A stretch of 64,000 nucleotides of DNA from Pyrinomonadaceae bacterium (GTDB lineage: Bacteria; Acidobacteriota; Blastocatellia; Pyrinomonadales; Pyrinomonadaceae): positions 33,198-97,197 of the forward strand of contig DASZCS010000012.1 in assembly GCA_035942855.1 (NCBI GenBank). Direction: 5' to 3'. Shown here piece by piece: positions 1-8,193 of this stretch. Position numbers and translations under genes: made by a program. The notes under the pieces are model-generated. The model did not search any database. It was not told the origin of the DNA and worked only from the letters and a program-made list of their open reading frames with translations. Position 1 is the stretch's first letter, and each line of letters begins with the position of its first letter.

Positions 1-1
1 A

Positions 2-1315
2 GGCAATGTGAAGGTCTTTCATCTCGTCCCCGAAGTGGTCAAGTGGCAACTCATCCCCGGCAAGGACATTTACGGTTGGGGCTACAACGGCAGCGTGCCG
101 GGGCCGACCATCGAGATCAATGAAGGCGACCGCGTGCGCATACACGTCACCAACAAACTGCCCGAAGGCACGAGCATGCACTGGCACGGGCTTGAAGTTC
201 CGCCCTCGCAGGACGGCGTGCCATTTCTCAATCAACCTCTGATCGAACCGGGGCAGACTTTCACCTACGAGTTTTCGGTTAATCAAAACGGCACGTTCTT
301 CTACCACTCGCACATGGCGATGCAGGAGATGATGGGCATGATCGGCTTCTTCATCGTCCACCCGAAGAAACCTTACGCGCCGAAAGTTGACAGAGACTTC
401 GGACTCGTTTTGCAGGAGTGGGCGCTTCTGCCGAACAACCCCATCCCGAACACTCTGGCGATGGAGTTCAACTGGCTCACGATCAACGGCCGCTCCGGCC
501 CGCACTCGACCCCGATGCTCGTCCGTCAGGGCGAGCGAGTGCGTATACGCATGATCAACATGGGCATGGATCATCACCCGATGCACATCCACGGCTACCA
601 GTTCTACGTCACGGGCACGGAGGGCGGGCGCATCCCTGAGACGGCCTGGTATCCCGGCAACACCGTGCTCGTCGGCGTGGCGCAGGCCAGAGACATAGAG
701 TTCGACGCCGTCTCTGTGGGCGACTGGATGCTGCACTGTCATCTGCCGCATCACATGATGAACCAGATGGTTTCGATGGTCGGGCCGATGGCGCATGCAG
801 GGATGGGCGCGCAGACTGGAAAGGGCATGGAAGAGGGCATGGGCGTCGTCACGCAGGGGCACGCGCTCTCGGAAGACCTCTCGCCCGGCATGGGTCGCGG
901 CATGGGCATGTCCACGCAGGAACGAAACGTCTCGAACATGGTCGGGCCGCAGGAGGGGCAGCATCAGGGTCACGGTGGCCAACAGCAGCAGTCGCCCGCG
1001 CAGGGCAAGGGTTCGGAAGTTCAGCCCGGGCAGACCGAACGCCTCGGCCAGGTCACCAATCCAGACGACACCGCGCGCCGCAAGCGCGTGCCCGGCTACC
1101 CGCAGGACATGGTCATGTTCATGGACAAAGAAGTGGCGAAGCCTGAGACTTACGGACTGCCGCCCGGCTGGACTGGTTCGTTCATGGGCATGATGACGAT
1201 GGTGAGAGTGCTGCCGCCCGACCTCTACGACGAAATCATGCGCCGCGTCAGGGAAGGCATCGTCGAACCGCCGCAAGGCCAAGCCCCCGGCGGCCATCAG
1301 CACCAGCACGAGTAG
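2..1315 (+). CDS. multicopper oxidase (two cupredoxin domains), N-terminus cut by the window edge, with a ~180-aa Met/Gly/His/Gln-rich C-terminal tail
   Basis: Frame is open back to position 2. Four MCO copper motifs are present: HWHG, YHSHMAM, HPMHIHG, HCHLPHHMMNQM. The tail reads MGAQTGKGMEEGMG..GMGRGMGMS..HQGHGGQQQQ..GGHQHQHE. Confidence 0.85.
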   Translation, partial: GNVKVFHLVPEVVKWQLIPGKDIYGWGYNGSVPGPTIEINEGDRVRIHVTNKLPEGTSMHWHGLEVPPSQDGVPFLNQPLIEPGQTFTYEFSVNQNGTFFYHSHMAMQEMMGMIGFFIVHPKKPYAPKVDRDFGLVLQEWALLPNNPIPNTLAMEFNWLTINGRSGPHSTPMLVRQGERVRIRMINMGMDHHPMHIHGYQFYVTGTEGGRIPETAWYPGNTVLVGVAQARDIEFDAVSVGDWMLHCHLPHHMMNQMVSMVGPMAHAGMGAQTGKGMEEGMGVVTQGHALSEDLSPGMGRGMGMSTQERNVSNMVGPQEGQHQGHGGQQQQSPAQGKGSEVQPGQTERLGQVTNPDDTARRKRVPGYPQDMVMFMDKEVAKPETYGLPPGWTGSFMGMMTMVRVLPPDLYDEIMRRVREGIVEPPQGQAPGGHQHQHE

Positions 1316-1332
1316 ACACGACGCCTAAACCA

Positions 1333-1402
1333 GGAAACCACGAACACACACGAAACGACACGAAGAAGAAGTTCGTGTCGTTTCGTGTGTGTTCGTGGTT
1401 TC
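1333..1402. repeat. perfect 31-bp-stem palindrome (CACGAA family) between convergent genes; probable bidirectional terminator or RNA hairpin
   Basis: GAAACCACGAACACACACGAAACGACACGAA / 7-nt loop / TTCGTGTCGTTTCGTGTGTGTTCGTGGTTTC. CACGAA recurs every 10 nt in the arm. Confidence 0.8.
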
Positions 1403-1411
1403 TAAGTTCTC

Positions 1412-3433
1412 TTAGACGCCCTTCGTCAACAAACGCGTGGCCGTGTCAGCGAGTCTTACCACGCCCTGCGGCTTACGCAAAAAGGCATCGATGCCCGCGC
1501 CGAGAGCCTCGCTTTCGACATCGCTCGCCGACAACATGATGATCGGCATCCGTCGCCGGTGCGGCAACTGCCGCATACGCTGTGCGATCTGTAAACCGTT
1601 TTGGCCGGGCAACTCGTTGTCCAGAATCAGCAGATCGTATCGCGCCTTACTCTCAATCCTCTGCATCGCCTCCGCGCCGTCCGCGCACAACTCCACAGAC
1701 CAACCCAGCCCCTCCAAATTCTCCTTCACCGCATCAGCCACCACCTGATAGTCTTCGACGCAGAGAATACTGACCACCTGCGCCTTCGTGCGCCGCCGTC
1801 CCGCACGGCGACTATCGCGCTTGATGATGCTCTGCCTGCGCGGCTCAGGCGGCGTCCTCAAGTGTGCGAGGTCTTTATGCCTGCCTCCCTCGTCCAGCAT
1901 CGCCGCCAGCGTCGCATGATGATGCAACCCCAACAGCCTCGCCGCGCGCGTCACACTCCCTTCTCCATCTATCAGAGCGCGCCGCACATACCTCGCCTCA
2001 AAGGCTCGCACCTTCTCATTCAAATCAAAGTTCGCCCAAAAATCCGTCAGACTACGCACTCTCCGCTGCGACTGAGACACACGCCGCGCCGAGACGATAC
2101 GCAACGCGCACGCACGCAAACGCTTAATCATCTCCGCGTCCTGCGTCTCCCTCAACAAGTGATGCGCACGCTCATACGCCTCCAACAACTCCTGCTCTCC
2201 GACACGTCCCTCGTGCTCCTCCATCAACGCCAGCAAAGCCTTCCCCGCGTCCTCCAGCGCCCCCGCCTGCTCTGCCACGTCAGCCGCGCGCTTCAGCGCG
2301 TGAAGCGATTCGACGAAGTTGCCCAATCCGGCCAACACGCGGCCTTGCGTAGTGAGAGCTTCCGACAACAAGCCCTGCTCATCACCTTGCGACAATACGC
2401 GCACAGCTTCGCGTATCGTGCTCTGTGCTGCGCGTACTTTACCTTGCGCCAGTAGAACGCGTGCGCGTGTCTCGTCTACCTGAGCGATCCGCCCTCTGTT
2501 CTGAACATCTGCGAATAGACGACGCGCGGCGTTTAGGTGCTCATGCGCTTCTTCATAACGCCCGATGGTATAGAGTAAAAACCCTAAATTGTTCTCGGCG
2601 CTGGCACGGTGGCTGATATGTCCGGCTTGCTCAAAATGGTGTGATGCGGCGATATACTCGATGATCGCGCGGTCTGTGTAGTTCTGTCCGGCTTCGGCTT
2701 TGCCTAATGATGTAAGCGCACAGGCTCGCTCATTATGGAATTTCCCTTTTAGTACATCGTTATTACTATTCTTGAATAACGCGACTGAATCTGTGAGGAT
2801 GCGAAGCGAGTCTGTGTAGCGGCCATTAAATGTTTCCAGTGCTGCAAGCCGCAATAGAATTTTAGCTTGTAATTCCCACTCGCTACTCTCAGCCAACTGC
2901 TTTAGAGCTTCGCTGTACATCACACGGGCTTCATCGTGTGCTCCGGCGCGGCGATAACAAAAACCGAGTTCGTTTTGTGCGATAGCGACTTTAGTTGTCT
3001 CTCCTAATCTCTGAAAGCGCGCTATACTTTCGCTGATTAAGTCTTTGGCCTTTTCTTGCATTCCCTCAATTTGCCCGGTACTACCGAGATGACCAGAGAG
3101 CGAACCGACTCGCAAAAGAACTTCCGCGGCTGTCAATTCGGATAGCCCTTCAAGTTCAGGGTGTGCACCCACGCCCCTCCACAATTCGCCCAGCGCATAA
3201 CGCGCTGACTCATACTGGCCTCTATGCTCTAAATCTGCCGCTATTTGGCATTGAAGCTGCGCGCGCTCGTCCTGGCTCAGCGTGGGGTTTTCTAACTGCT
3301 CACGTAATGTTTCAACTAAAGTCATCTGAGGACTCGCTTTCTTTGCACTTGCTAGAAAATTTTCAGGCAAGCTAAAGTCGCGTCCTTCCAGCAGGATAGG
3401 CCGCAAATTACTACCAGAAGGGTCTGGTTTCAC
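1412..3433 (-). CDS. TPR-repeat regulator with a Fis-type HTH and a C-terminal response-regulator receiver domain
   Basis: GTG start with GAGG 6 nt upstream. C-terminal REC motifs: VSILCVEDY, DLLILDNELPG, MPIIMLSA, FLRKP. HTH segment: VTRAARLLGLHHHATL. The N-terminal ~430 aa are TPR-like helical repeats. Confidence 0.8.
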   Translation of the reverse strand: MKPDPSGSNLRPILLEGRDFSLPENFLASAKKASPQMTLVETLREQLENPTLSQDERAQLQCQIAADLEHRGQYESARYALGELWRGVGAHPELEGLSELTAAEVLLRVGSLSGHLGSTGQIEGMQEKAKDLISESIARFQRLGETTKVAIAQNELGFCYRRAGAHDEARVMYSEALKQLAESSEWELQAKILLRLAALETFNGRYTDSLRILTDSVALFKNSNNDVLKGKFHNERACALTSLGKAEAGQNYTDRAIIEYIAASHHFEQAGHISHRASAENNLGFLLYTIGRYEEAHEHLNAARRLFADVQNRGRIAQVDETRARVLLAQGKVRAAQSTIREAVRVLSQGDEQGLLSEALTTQGRVLAGLGNFVESLHALKRAADVAEQAGALEDAGKALLALMEEHEGRVGEQELLEAYERAHHLLRETQDAEMIKRLRACALRIVSARRVSQSQRRVRSLTDFWANFDLNEKVRAFEARYVRRALIDGEGSVTRAARLLGLHHHATLAAMLDEGGRHKDLAHLRTPPEPRRQSIIKRDSRRAGRRRTKAQVVSILCVEDYQVVADAVKENLEGLGWSVELCADGAEAMQRIESKARYDLLILDNELPGQNGLQIAQRMRQLPHRRRMPIIMLSASDVESEALGAGIDAFLRKPQGVVRLADTATRLLTKGV

Positions 3434-3458
3434 TAATTACCTCGAAGGGAAAGAAAAG

Positions 3459-3674
3459 ATGAAAAGCTGTCGAACCGCAATTGCTACGTTAGCGCTGGTG
3501 TTTATGTTCTCCATGTCCACCTACGCGAGTGAAGGCATAATTCACACGGAAAAGACTCCACCACCGCCGCCGGCAGCAGGCATAATACATACGGAAAAAG
3601 CTGAGCCTACGCCAGAAGTTGCCTTAACGGAGATCGCGCTCGGCCTGCTGCAAACTCTGTTGCCGCTACTCTGA
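3459..3674 (+). CDS. small hypothetical secreted peptide (71 aa) with duplicated GIIHTEK motif
   Basis: ATG start preceded by purine-rich GGGAAAGAAAAG. Signal-peptide-like N-terminus (AIATLALVFMFSMSTYA). Two copies of GIIHTEK flank a PPPPP run, followed by a hydrophobic C-terminus. Codon usage is AT-rich for this genome, so coding status is uncertain. Confidence 0.35.
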   Translation: MKSCRTAIATLALVFMFSMSTYASEGIIHTEKTPPPPPAAGIIHTEKAEPTPEVALTEIALGLLQTLLPLL

Positions 3675-3835
3675 GTTTGCGGAACAACTCAAGCCAGCTG
3701 AATGCTGCCGTGAGGTTCACGGGCGGCGCAGCCTTCGTGTGTCCGGCGGGAATATACAACAATTGCGCGCCGCAGCAAAAAAATTTGAGCGGAAGATGAT
3801 GTGCCGCTCTCGTCGCGACTTGTAAAATATTTAAC

Positions 3836-3863
3836 TTGACATTTATCAATCGAAGATTAGAAT
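3836..3863 (+). promoter_or_regulatory. sigma-70-type promoter candidate (TTGACA-N16-TAGAAT) in an AT-rich spacer
   Basis: TTGACA at 3836-3841 and TAGAAT at 3858-3863, followed by a GC-rich CCGCCC discriminator. The next convincing start codon is 450 nt downstream, at 4316. Confidence 0.45.
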
Positions 3864-4315
3864 CCGCCCTGCATCCATAATTGACAGTACAGTGAAAATT
3901 CAAAAGGGCTTTCGGGCAGCCGTCAGGCTGCCACCTCTCTCGGAAGCTAAGAAGGGGATAGTTGTAAATTCGGGCGACGTGAGTGTAGGTTGCGAGGTAA
4001 TTTCTCGCACGCCTTCGCTTCATCTTGAGTATTTGGTCGCCTTCTGTTAGCTAGGCTAGAGCGCCGCAGCCTCACCGCTTCTCAACGGCGCGTTGATCTG
4101 AAAAGAGAAAAGTAGCTTGCCTCGTGCTTCGGCCTTCGTGTGCCTGGAGGGGGATGCGTGGTCGTCTATCTTCCGCCCGTCGTCCGGTTTTGCCAGGCAA
4201 TACGAAAGCCTCAGGCGCAAGCTCTTTCGTTGCGAAACAACGCGACTGTCGGTCGAATCTTCACTCGAACGCGTCGCACCTGTCAATAAACTTCACCACA
4301 CAGGAGAACACTAAG

Positions 4316-5851
4316 ATGTCTACCTTATCCCTCACAAAACAAATTACCGGCCTCTCTCTCTCTCTGGCGATTCTCATGAATTGCTTCATCACGACAGCTT
4401 ACCCGGCAGTCTCCCGATTTCCGGCAAGGGCTAACTTCCTTGCGGCGGGGGCGACCCTCACACTCGCGCCCGCTAACGACAACTTCGCCGATGCACAGAA
4501 CATCAGCGGCGACACAGGAAGCGTGAGCGTCGATAACACGGACGCGACGGCGGAAACCGGAGAACCGGATCACGCGGGGCACGCCGCCGGTCTCTCCGTC
4601 TGGTATCGCTGGCAGCCGACGACGAGCGGCAACGTCACCTTCGACACACTAGACCCGGCGGGCGTCTACATCGACACGGTCTTGAGCGTCTACACCGGAA
4701 GCAGCGTAAGCGCGCTGACGGAGGTGGCGAGCAACGACGACGCTTCGTCTTACATTTACAGTGCCGTCTCCTTCGAGGCGACGGCCTCCACCGTCTACTA
4801 CATCGCGCTCGACGTACACGACCAGATGGGCTTCCCCGGCGCAATCGTGCTCAACTGGCAACCCGCTAGTTCCTCGCCGTCGTCGCCAACGTCCGCGGCC
4901 GACGGCAAAGTGGCCTTCGGCAGCGTGCGCGGTCTCACCATGCAAATCTTCGTGATGAACGACGACGGCAGCGGGCAAACGCGCCTGACGGATAAAACCC
5001 ACGATGCCTTTGCGCCCGTGTGGTCGCCCGACGGGACGAAGATCGCTTTCGTCGATTACCGCCACGGCGCGGGAGAGGTGTACGTGATGAACGCCGACGG
5101 AAGCAACCAGACGCGCCTCACCAACTCGGACGGTTCGCGTTATCCCTCCTGGTCGCCCGACAGCACGAAGATCGCTCTCACCACATACGACTCCTCGTTT
5201 AACTCCGATGTCTACGTCGTCAATGCGGACGGAACAGGCATGACCAACCTGACGCAAGATCCGACCGAGACTTCCTGGTTGCCCCGTTGGTCGCCGGACG
5301 GGACGAAGATTCTGTTTATCAGCAGCCGCGACGGCCTGCCAAGCATCTATGTGATGGACTCCGACGGGACAGATACGACGCGGCTCACATACTCGCCCGA
5401 CGACGCGCCCGTCTGGTCGCCCGATGGATCGAAGATCGCTTTCGTCAGGTGGGGTGAATCCGGTACGGAAATCTACGTGATGGACGCGGACGGCAGCGAC
5501 CAGACCAACCTGACCAACACGGGCGGCGTCTTGCCCGCTGCCCCTTACCACTTCGAGCCATCGTGGTCGCCCGACGGGACGAGACTCGTCTTCACCACGC
5601 ACGCCGATTACCAGTCGCACATCTACAGAATCGATGTGGACGGCACAGACCTGACGCAACTCACAGACACCACCGACTCTATGGAGCCGCGCTGGTCGCC
5701 CGACGGAACACGCATCGCCTTCATCACCTATCGCAACGACAATCAGGATATTTACCTGATGGACGCAGACGGCGATAACGAAGTCAATCTCACGGCGAAC
5801 GCGAACTACAACGGCTCTTACAGTTGGCAGCCGGTTGCTCTCGCTCCTTGA
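4316..5851 (+). CDS. secreted TolB-like beta-propeller protein with an N-terminal pre-peptidase-C-terminal-like (NDNF..GEP..NDD) domain
   Basis: ATG at 4316 with CAGGAG 10 nt upstream and a signal peptide (LSLSLAILMNCFITTAYPA). About 8 repeats of WSPDG[TS]KIAF..YVM[ND]ADGS..T.LT. The ORF-track start at 4124 adds an Arg-rich, unlikely N-terminus. Confidence 0.8.
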   Translation: MSTLSLTKQITGLSLSLAILMNCFITTAYPAVSRFPARANFLAAGATLTLAPANDNFADAQNISGDTGSVSVDNTDATAETGEPDHAGHAAGLSVWYRWQPTTSGNVTFDTLDPAGVYIDTVLSVYTGSSVSALTEVASNDDASSYIYSAVSFEATASTVYYIALDVHDQMGFPGAIVLNWQPASSSPSSPTSAADGKVAFGSVRGLTMQIFVMNDDGSGQTRLTDKTHDAFAPVWSPDGTKIAFVDYRHGAGEVYVMNADGSNQTRLTNSDGSRYPSWSPDSTKIALTTYDSSFNSDVYVVNADGTGMTNLTQDPTETSWLPRWSPDGTKILFISSRDGLPSIYVMDSDGTDTTRLTYSPDDAPVWSPDGSKIAFVRWGESGTEIYVMDADGSDQTNLTNTGGVLPAAPYHFEPSWSPDGTRLVFTTHADYQSHIYRIDVDGTDLTQLTDTTDSMEPRWSPDGTRIAFITYRNDNQDIYLMDADGDNEVNLTANANYNGSYSWQPVALAP

Positions 5852-5852
5852 G

Positions 5853-5896
5853 CCAAAAGCAAAAAAGGAGGCGTTGACCCTTGAGTCAACGCCTCC
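5853..5896. terminator. intrinsic terminator hairpin between convergent genes
   Basis: 12-bp stem GGAGGCGTTGAC / GTCAACGCCTCC, preceded by AAAAGCAAAAAA. On the minus strand that is a U-tract following the stem, downstream of the DUF4214 gene. Confidence 0.6.
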
Positions 5897-5945
5897 GCAT
5901 GATTTCAGCTTGCGCTGAACAGTCGCAACGCTTCAGAGCAACAGG

Positions 5946-7667
5946 TTAGGGCTGGCCGAAGCGGTTGCGATATTCGAAAGAGTGCAGGAAGCCGAAGATC
6001 AGCATGCGATAGTCGCCGGGCTGTATGTTCTGTGCGCCGTTGGACAGGACGTTGACCCATGCGTCGAAGCCTGCCGGTTCGGGGTCGCGGCGCAGGTAAC
6101 CGAAGTACTGCATGGCGACGAAGCCGCGATAGAAGAAGCGCGTCTGCACTTCCTGACTCTCGATGAAGGCGCGGAGCGTCTGTGCCGCCGTCTTCGTGCC
6201 GTTCGCCATCTCGGAGATGAGTTGCGCGCGGCCCGCGAGCGTGACGCCTGCGGTGCGCTCCAACTTCGTGACGAAAGCTTCAGCGCCGGCTGCGTTCGTG
6301 AGTCCGCCGTAGAGCGCTCTGAACTCTGTGCGCGACATGATCTCGGCGACGAAGGCATCCTTGCTCGCTTCCAGTTCGGCGGCGGTCTGCGGAGTGCCGA
6401 TGCGCGAGAGGTCGGGCATGAACTCCGCGTAGCGCGGCATGCGTCCGAGCGCCGCGTCGTAGAGACGATAGACGAAGAAGCCGCGTCCGCTGAACTCGGG
6501 CGAACGATAGAAGCCCGAAGAGATTTGCACGCGGTCGCATTCGGGATTCGTCGAACCGTAGCCGTTGTTCGGGCACTTGCCGAGCACGCTAAGCCAGGCG
6601 TCGAGACCACCCTGTTCCGGCGCGCGGTTGAGGAAGTCGAGATACTGCTGGCGCACGAAGAAGTTGCCGTCTTCGAGCGGGTTGGCCGCAGGCGCAATCG
6701 CGCCAAAGACACCGGCCACGATGGTCGCGCCCGTCGTGTTGTTGACGACGGCGACAGTCGTGCCGTTCGTGACGACGGGAACGCTGTGGCCGTCGTTCGT
6801 ATTCAATTCGAGTTCGCCGCGGAAGAAGGAGTTGAGGACGATCTGCCCGATGCTAGTGTTGTTGACCAGGACTCTGAAGGTCGTCCCGGCGGGCAGATTC
6901 ACGTCCTGAATTTCGACGTTCAGGCGACGGCCGTCGGGGCGTCGGCGGAAGTCCGCGTGGCCTTGCGGCATCATGCCGCTGATCGAAGCGCCTGTGAGCG
7001 GGATGCGGACGCGCAGTTCGCCATTGGGGTTCGGCGCGGGCACGGGCGTCGGCGTCGCGTTCGGGTTCGGCAGCGACTGCGAGAACGTGCCCGCGATGAC
7101 GGTCGTGCCTGTGCGGTCGGAGACGACGATGCTCGTGCCGTTGACGACGGGCGGCGTCGTCTGTCCGTGGTCGGTTCTCAGTTCGATCTCGCCCTTGAGC
7201 GAGTTGATGACGAGTTCGCCCACCTTCACGTTATCCACGAGCACGTTCAGCACCGTGCCGTTCGGCAGGTTCACGTTCTCGATACGAATGCGCAGGCGGC
7301 GGCTGCCTTCTGCTTCGCGCCGAAACTCGGCTTCGCCCACAGGCGTCGCGCCGTTGAGGCTCGCACCGACCAGCCGGATTCTCATTCTCGCTTCCAGTCC
7401 TTGACCGGGCGAGGGACTCGGCGACGGACTCGCCGTCGGACTGGGCGAAGGCGTGGCCGACGGCGAAGGGCTGGGTGTGGCTGAGGGCGACGGGCTTGGC
7501 GTCGCGCTCGGACTCGGCGAAGGACTTGGCGTCTGCATCGCGCTGGGATTGAACGAATAGGCGTAGGCCGGGGAACTATTCAGGACGAACAGGGTGAGAA
7601 GAAGGATGATCCCAGCCGCCCCCTTACGCATGTTGAATGATTGCATCTTGCCCTTCAGAAAACTCAT
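5946..7667 (-). CDS. secreted DUF4214-domain protein with a Pro/Ser/Thr/Ala linker and an internally duplicated ~105-aa module
   Basis: ATG (MSFLKG) with GAGAGGAAAAAG upstream and a signal peptide (GIILLLTLFVLNSSPAYA). The linker is a (PSPSPSAT)n run. Two similar modules are present (RIRLVGASLNG.. and RIPLTGASISG..). C-terminal DUF4214-like motifs: FVRQQYLDFLNRAPEQGGLDAW and YFGYLRRDPEPAGFDAW. Confidence 0.75.
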   Translation of the reverse strand: MSFLKGKMQSFNMRKGAAGIILLLTLFVLNSSPAYAYSFNPSAMQTPSPSPSPSATPSPSPSATPSPSPSATPSPSPTASPSPSPSPGQGLEARMRIRLVGASLNGATPVGEAEFRREAEGSRRLRIRIENVNLPNGTVLNVLVDNVKVGELVINSLKGEIELRTDHGQTTPPVVNGTSIVVSDRTGTTVIAGTFSQSLPNPNATPTPVPAPNPNGELRVRIPLTGASISGMMPQGHADFRRRPDGRRLNVEIQDVNLPAGTTFRVLVNNTSIGQIVLNSFFRGELELNTNDGHSVPVVTNGTTVAVVNNTTGATIVAGVFGAIAPAANPLEDGNFFVRQQYLDFLNRAPEQGGLDAWLSVLGKCPNNGYGSTNPECDRVQISSGFYRSPEFSGRGFFVYRLYDAALGRMPRYAEFMPDLSRIGTPQTAAELEASKDAFVAEIMSRTEFRALYGGLTNAAGAEAFVTKLERTAGVTLAGRAQLISEMANGTKTAAQTLRAFIESQEVQTRFFYRGFVAMQYFGYLRRDPEPAGFDAWVNVLSNGAQNIQPGDYRMLIFGFLHSFEYRNRFGQP

Positions 7668-8193
7668 CTCTTTTTCCTCTCGACTATAAAAATCGCGCCC
7701 CAAAGAAGTTGCGCCCCTCAAATTCCAAACTCTGCGCGCCGCGCTTTGCCCGAGCGAATCGCACTGAACGCGTGGCTGCGTTCACGGCTCTTTACAACCG
7801 CCATGCCAGTTGGGGAAATACTTGAAAAACGTGAGGTTCGGCCGTAAAGCGTCCCCGCGAGTTGTTTCCGAGACGACGGGCAGACTGTTTCGGGCGATAA
7901 AAAGTGATACTTCCTTCGCACAACTTCGCTTGTAGAACCACTCAAAGCGTTTTCAGCCGCATAAACACTGGATTTTGGGTGAAACTGCGAACGGAGTATG
8001 CGATGCGAAAGAGATATACAGCGGCGAGCAGCGAGTTTGAGGATGGGGAGGCGTGGAAAGAGATTTTTTTGCGGGCGGAGAGCGCGTGTTGAGGGCGCAC
8101 GAGGCGCGTTTTTGCCGGGGTTTTGTGAAATTCTCGAAAGAGGCGTCGCGGAGCGCGGCGTTCGGCAAGGTCGAACGAGACGTTCGCCGCAGT

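Noticed and set aside
3607-4023. A 138-aa minus-strand ORF in the AT-rich spacer. I also checked the spacer by eye for tmRNA, RNase P, SRP or 6S RNA signatures.
   Set aside because: The ORF has no RBS and no motif, and it overlaps the end of the small peptide gene. I could not find any of the conserved RNA boxes (tmRNA ends, the RNase P GGAGGAAAGUCC box, the SRP GGAA/AGCA domain IV).
4124-4315. Upstream extensions of the ORF-track starts: 4124 for the TolB-like gene, 16348 for mdnC, 47287 for sufU, 50757 for ggt and 41579 for the Rrf2 gene.
   Set aside because: The extensions are Arg-rich, or lie inside repeats or the preceding gene. They lack RBS support, whereas the internal ATG/GTG codons have AGGAG-type sites and yield canonical N-termini or signal peptides.
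4649-5659. Long antisense or overlapping ORFs throughout the window, for example 4649-5659(-), 5982-7484(+), 9628-10533(-), 12631-13638(+), 21762-22757(-), 24163-25455(+), 28570-29580(-), 35581-36936(-), 45639-47069(-), 58192-59643(+) and 62888-63886(-).
   Set aside because: They lie opposite or out of frame to genes with unmistakable conserved motifs. They are Arg/Ala/Gly/Pro-rich, as expected for stop-poor alternative frames in high-GC DNA. They have no motifs of their own.
7793-7808. A sigma-54-like element on the minus strand (TGGCATGGCGGTTGTA) upstream of the DUF4214 gene.
   Set aside because: The -12 element reads TTGT rather than the near-invariant TTGC, so it is too weak to call without transcript data.
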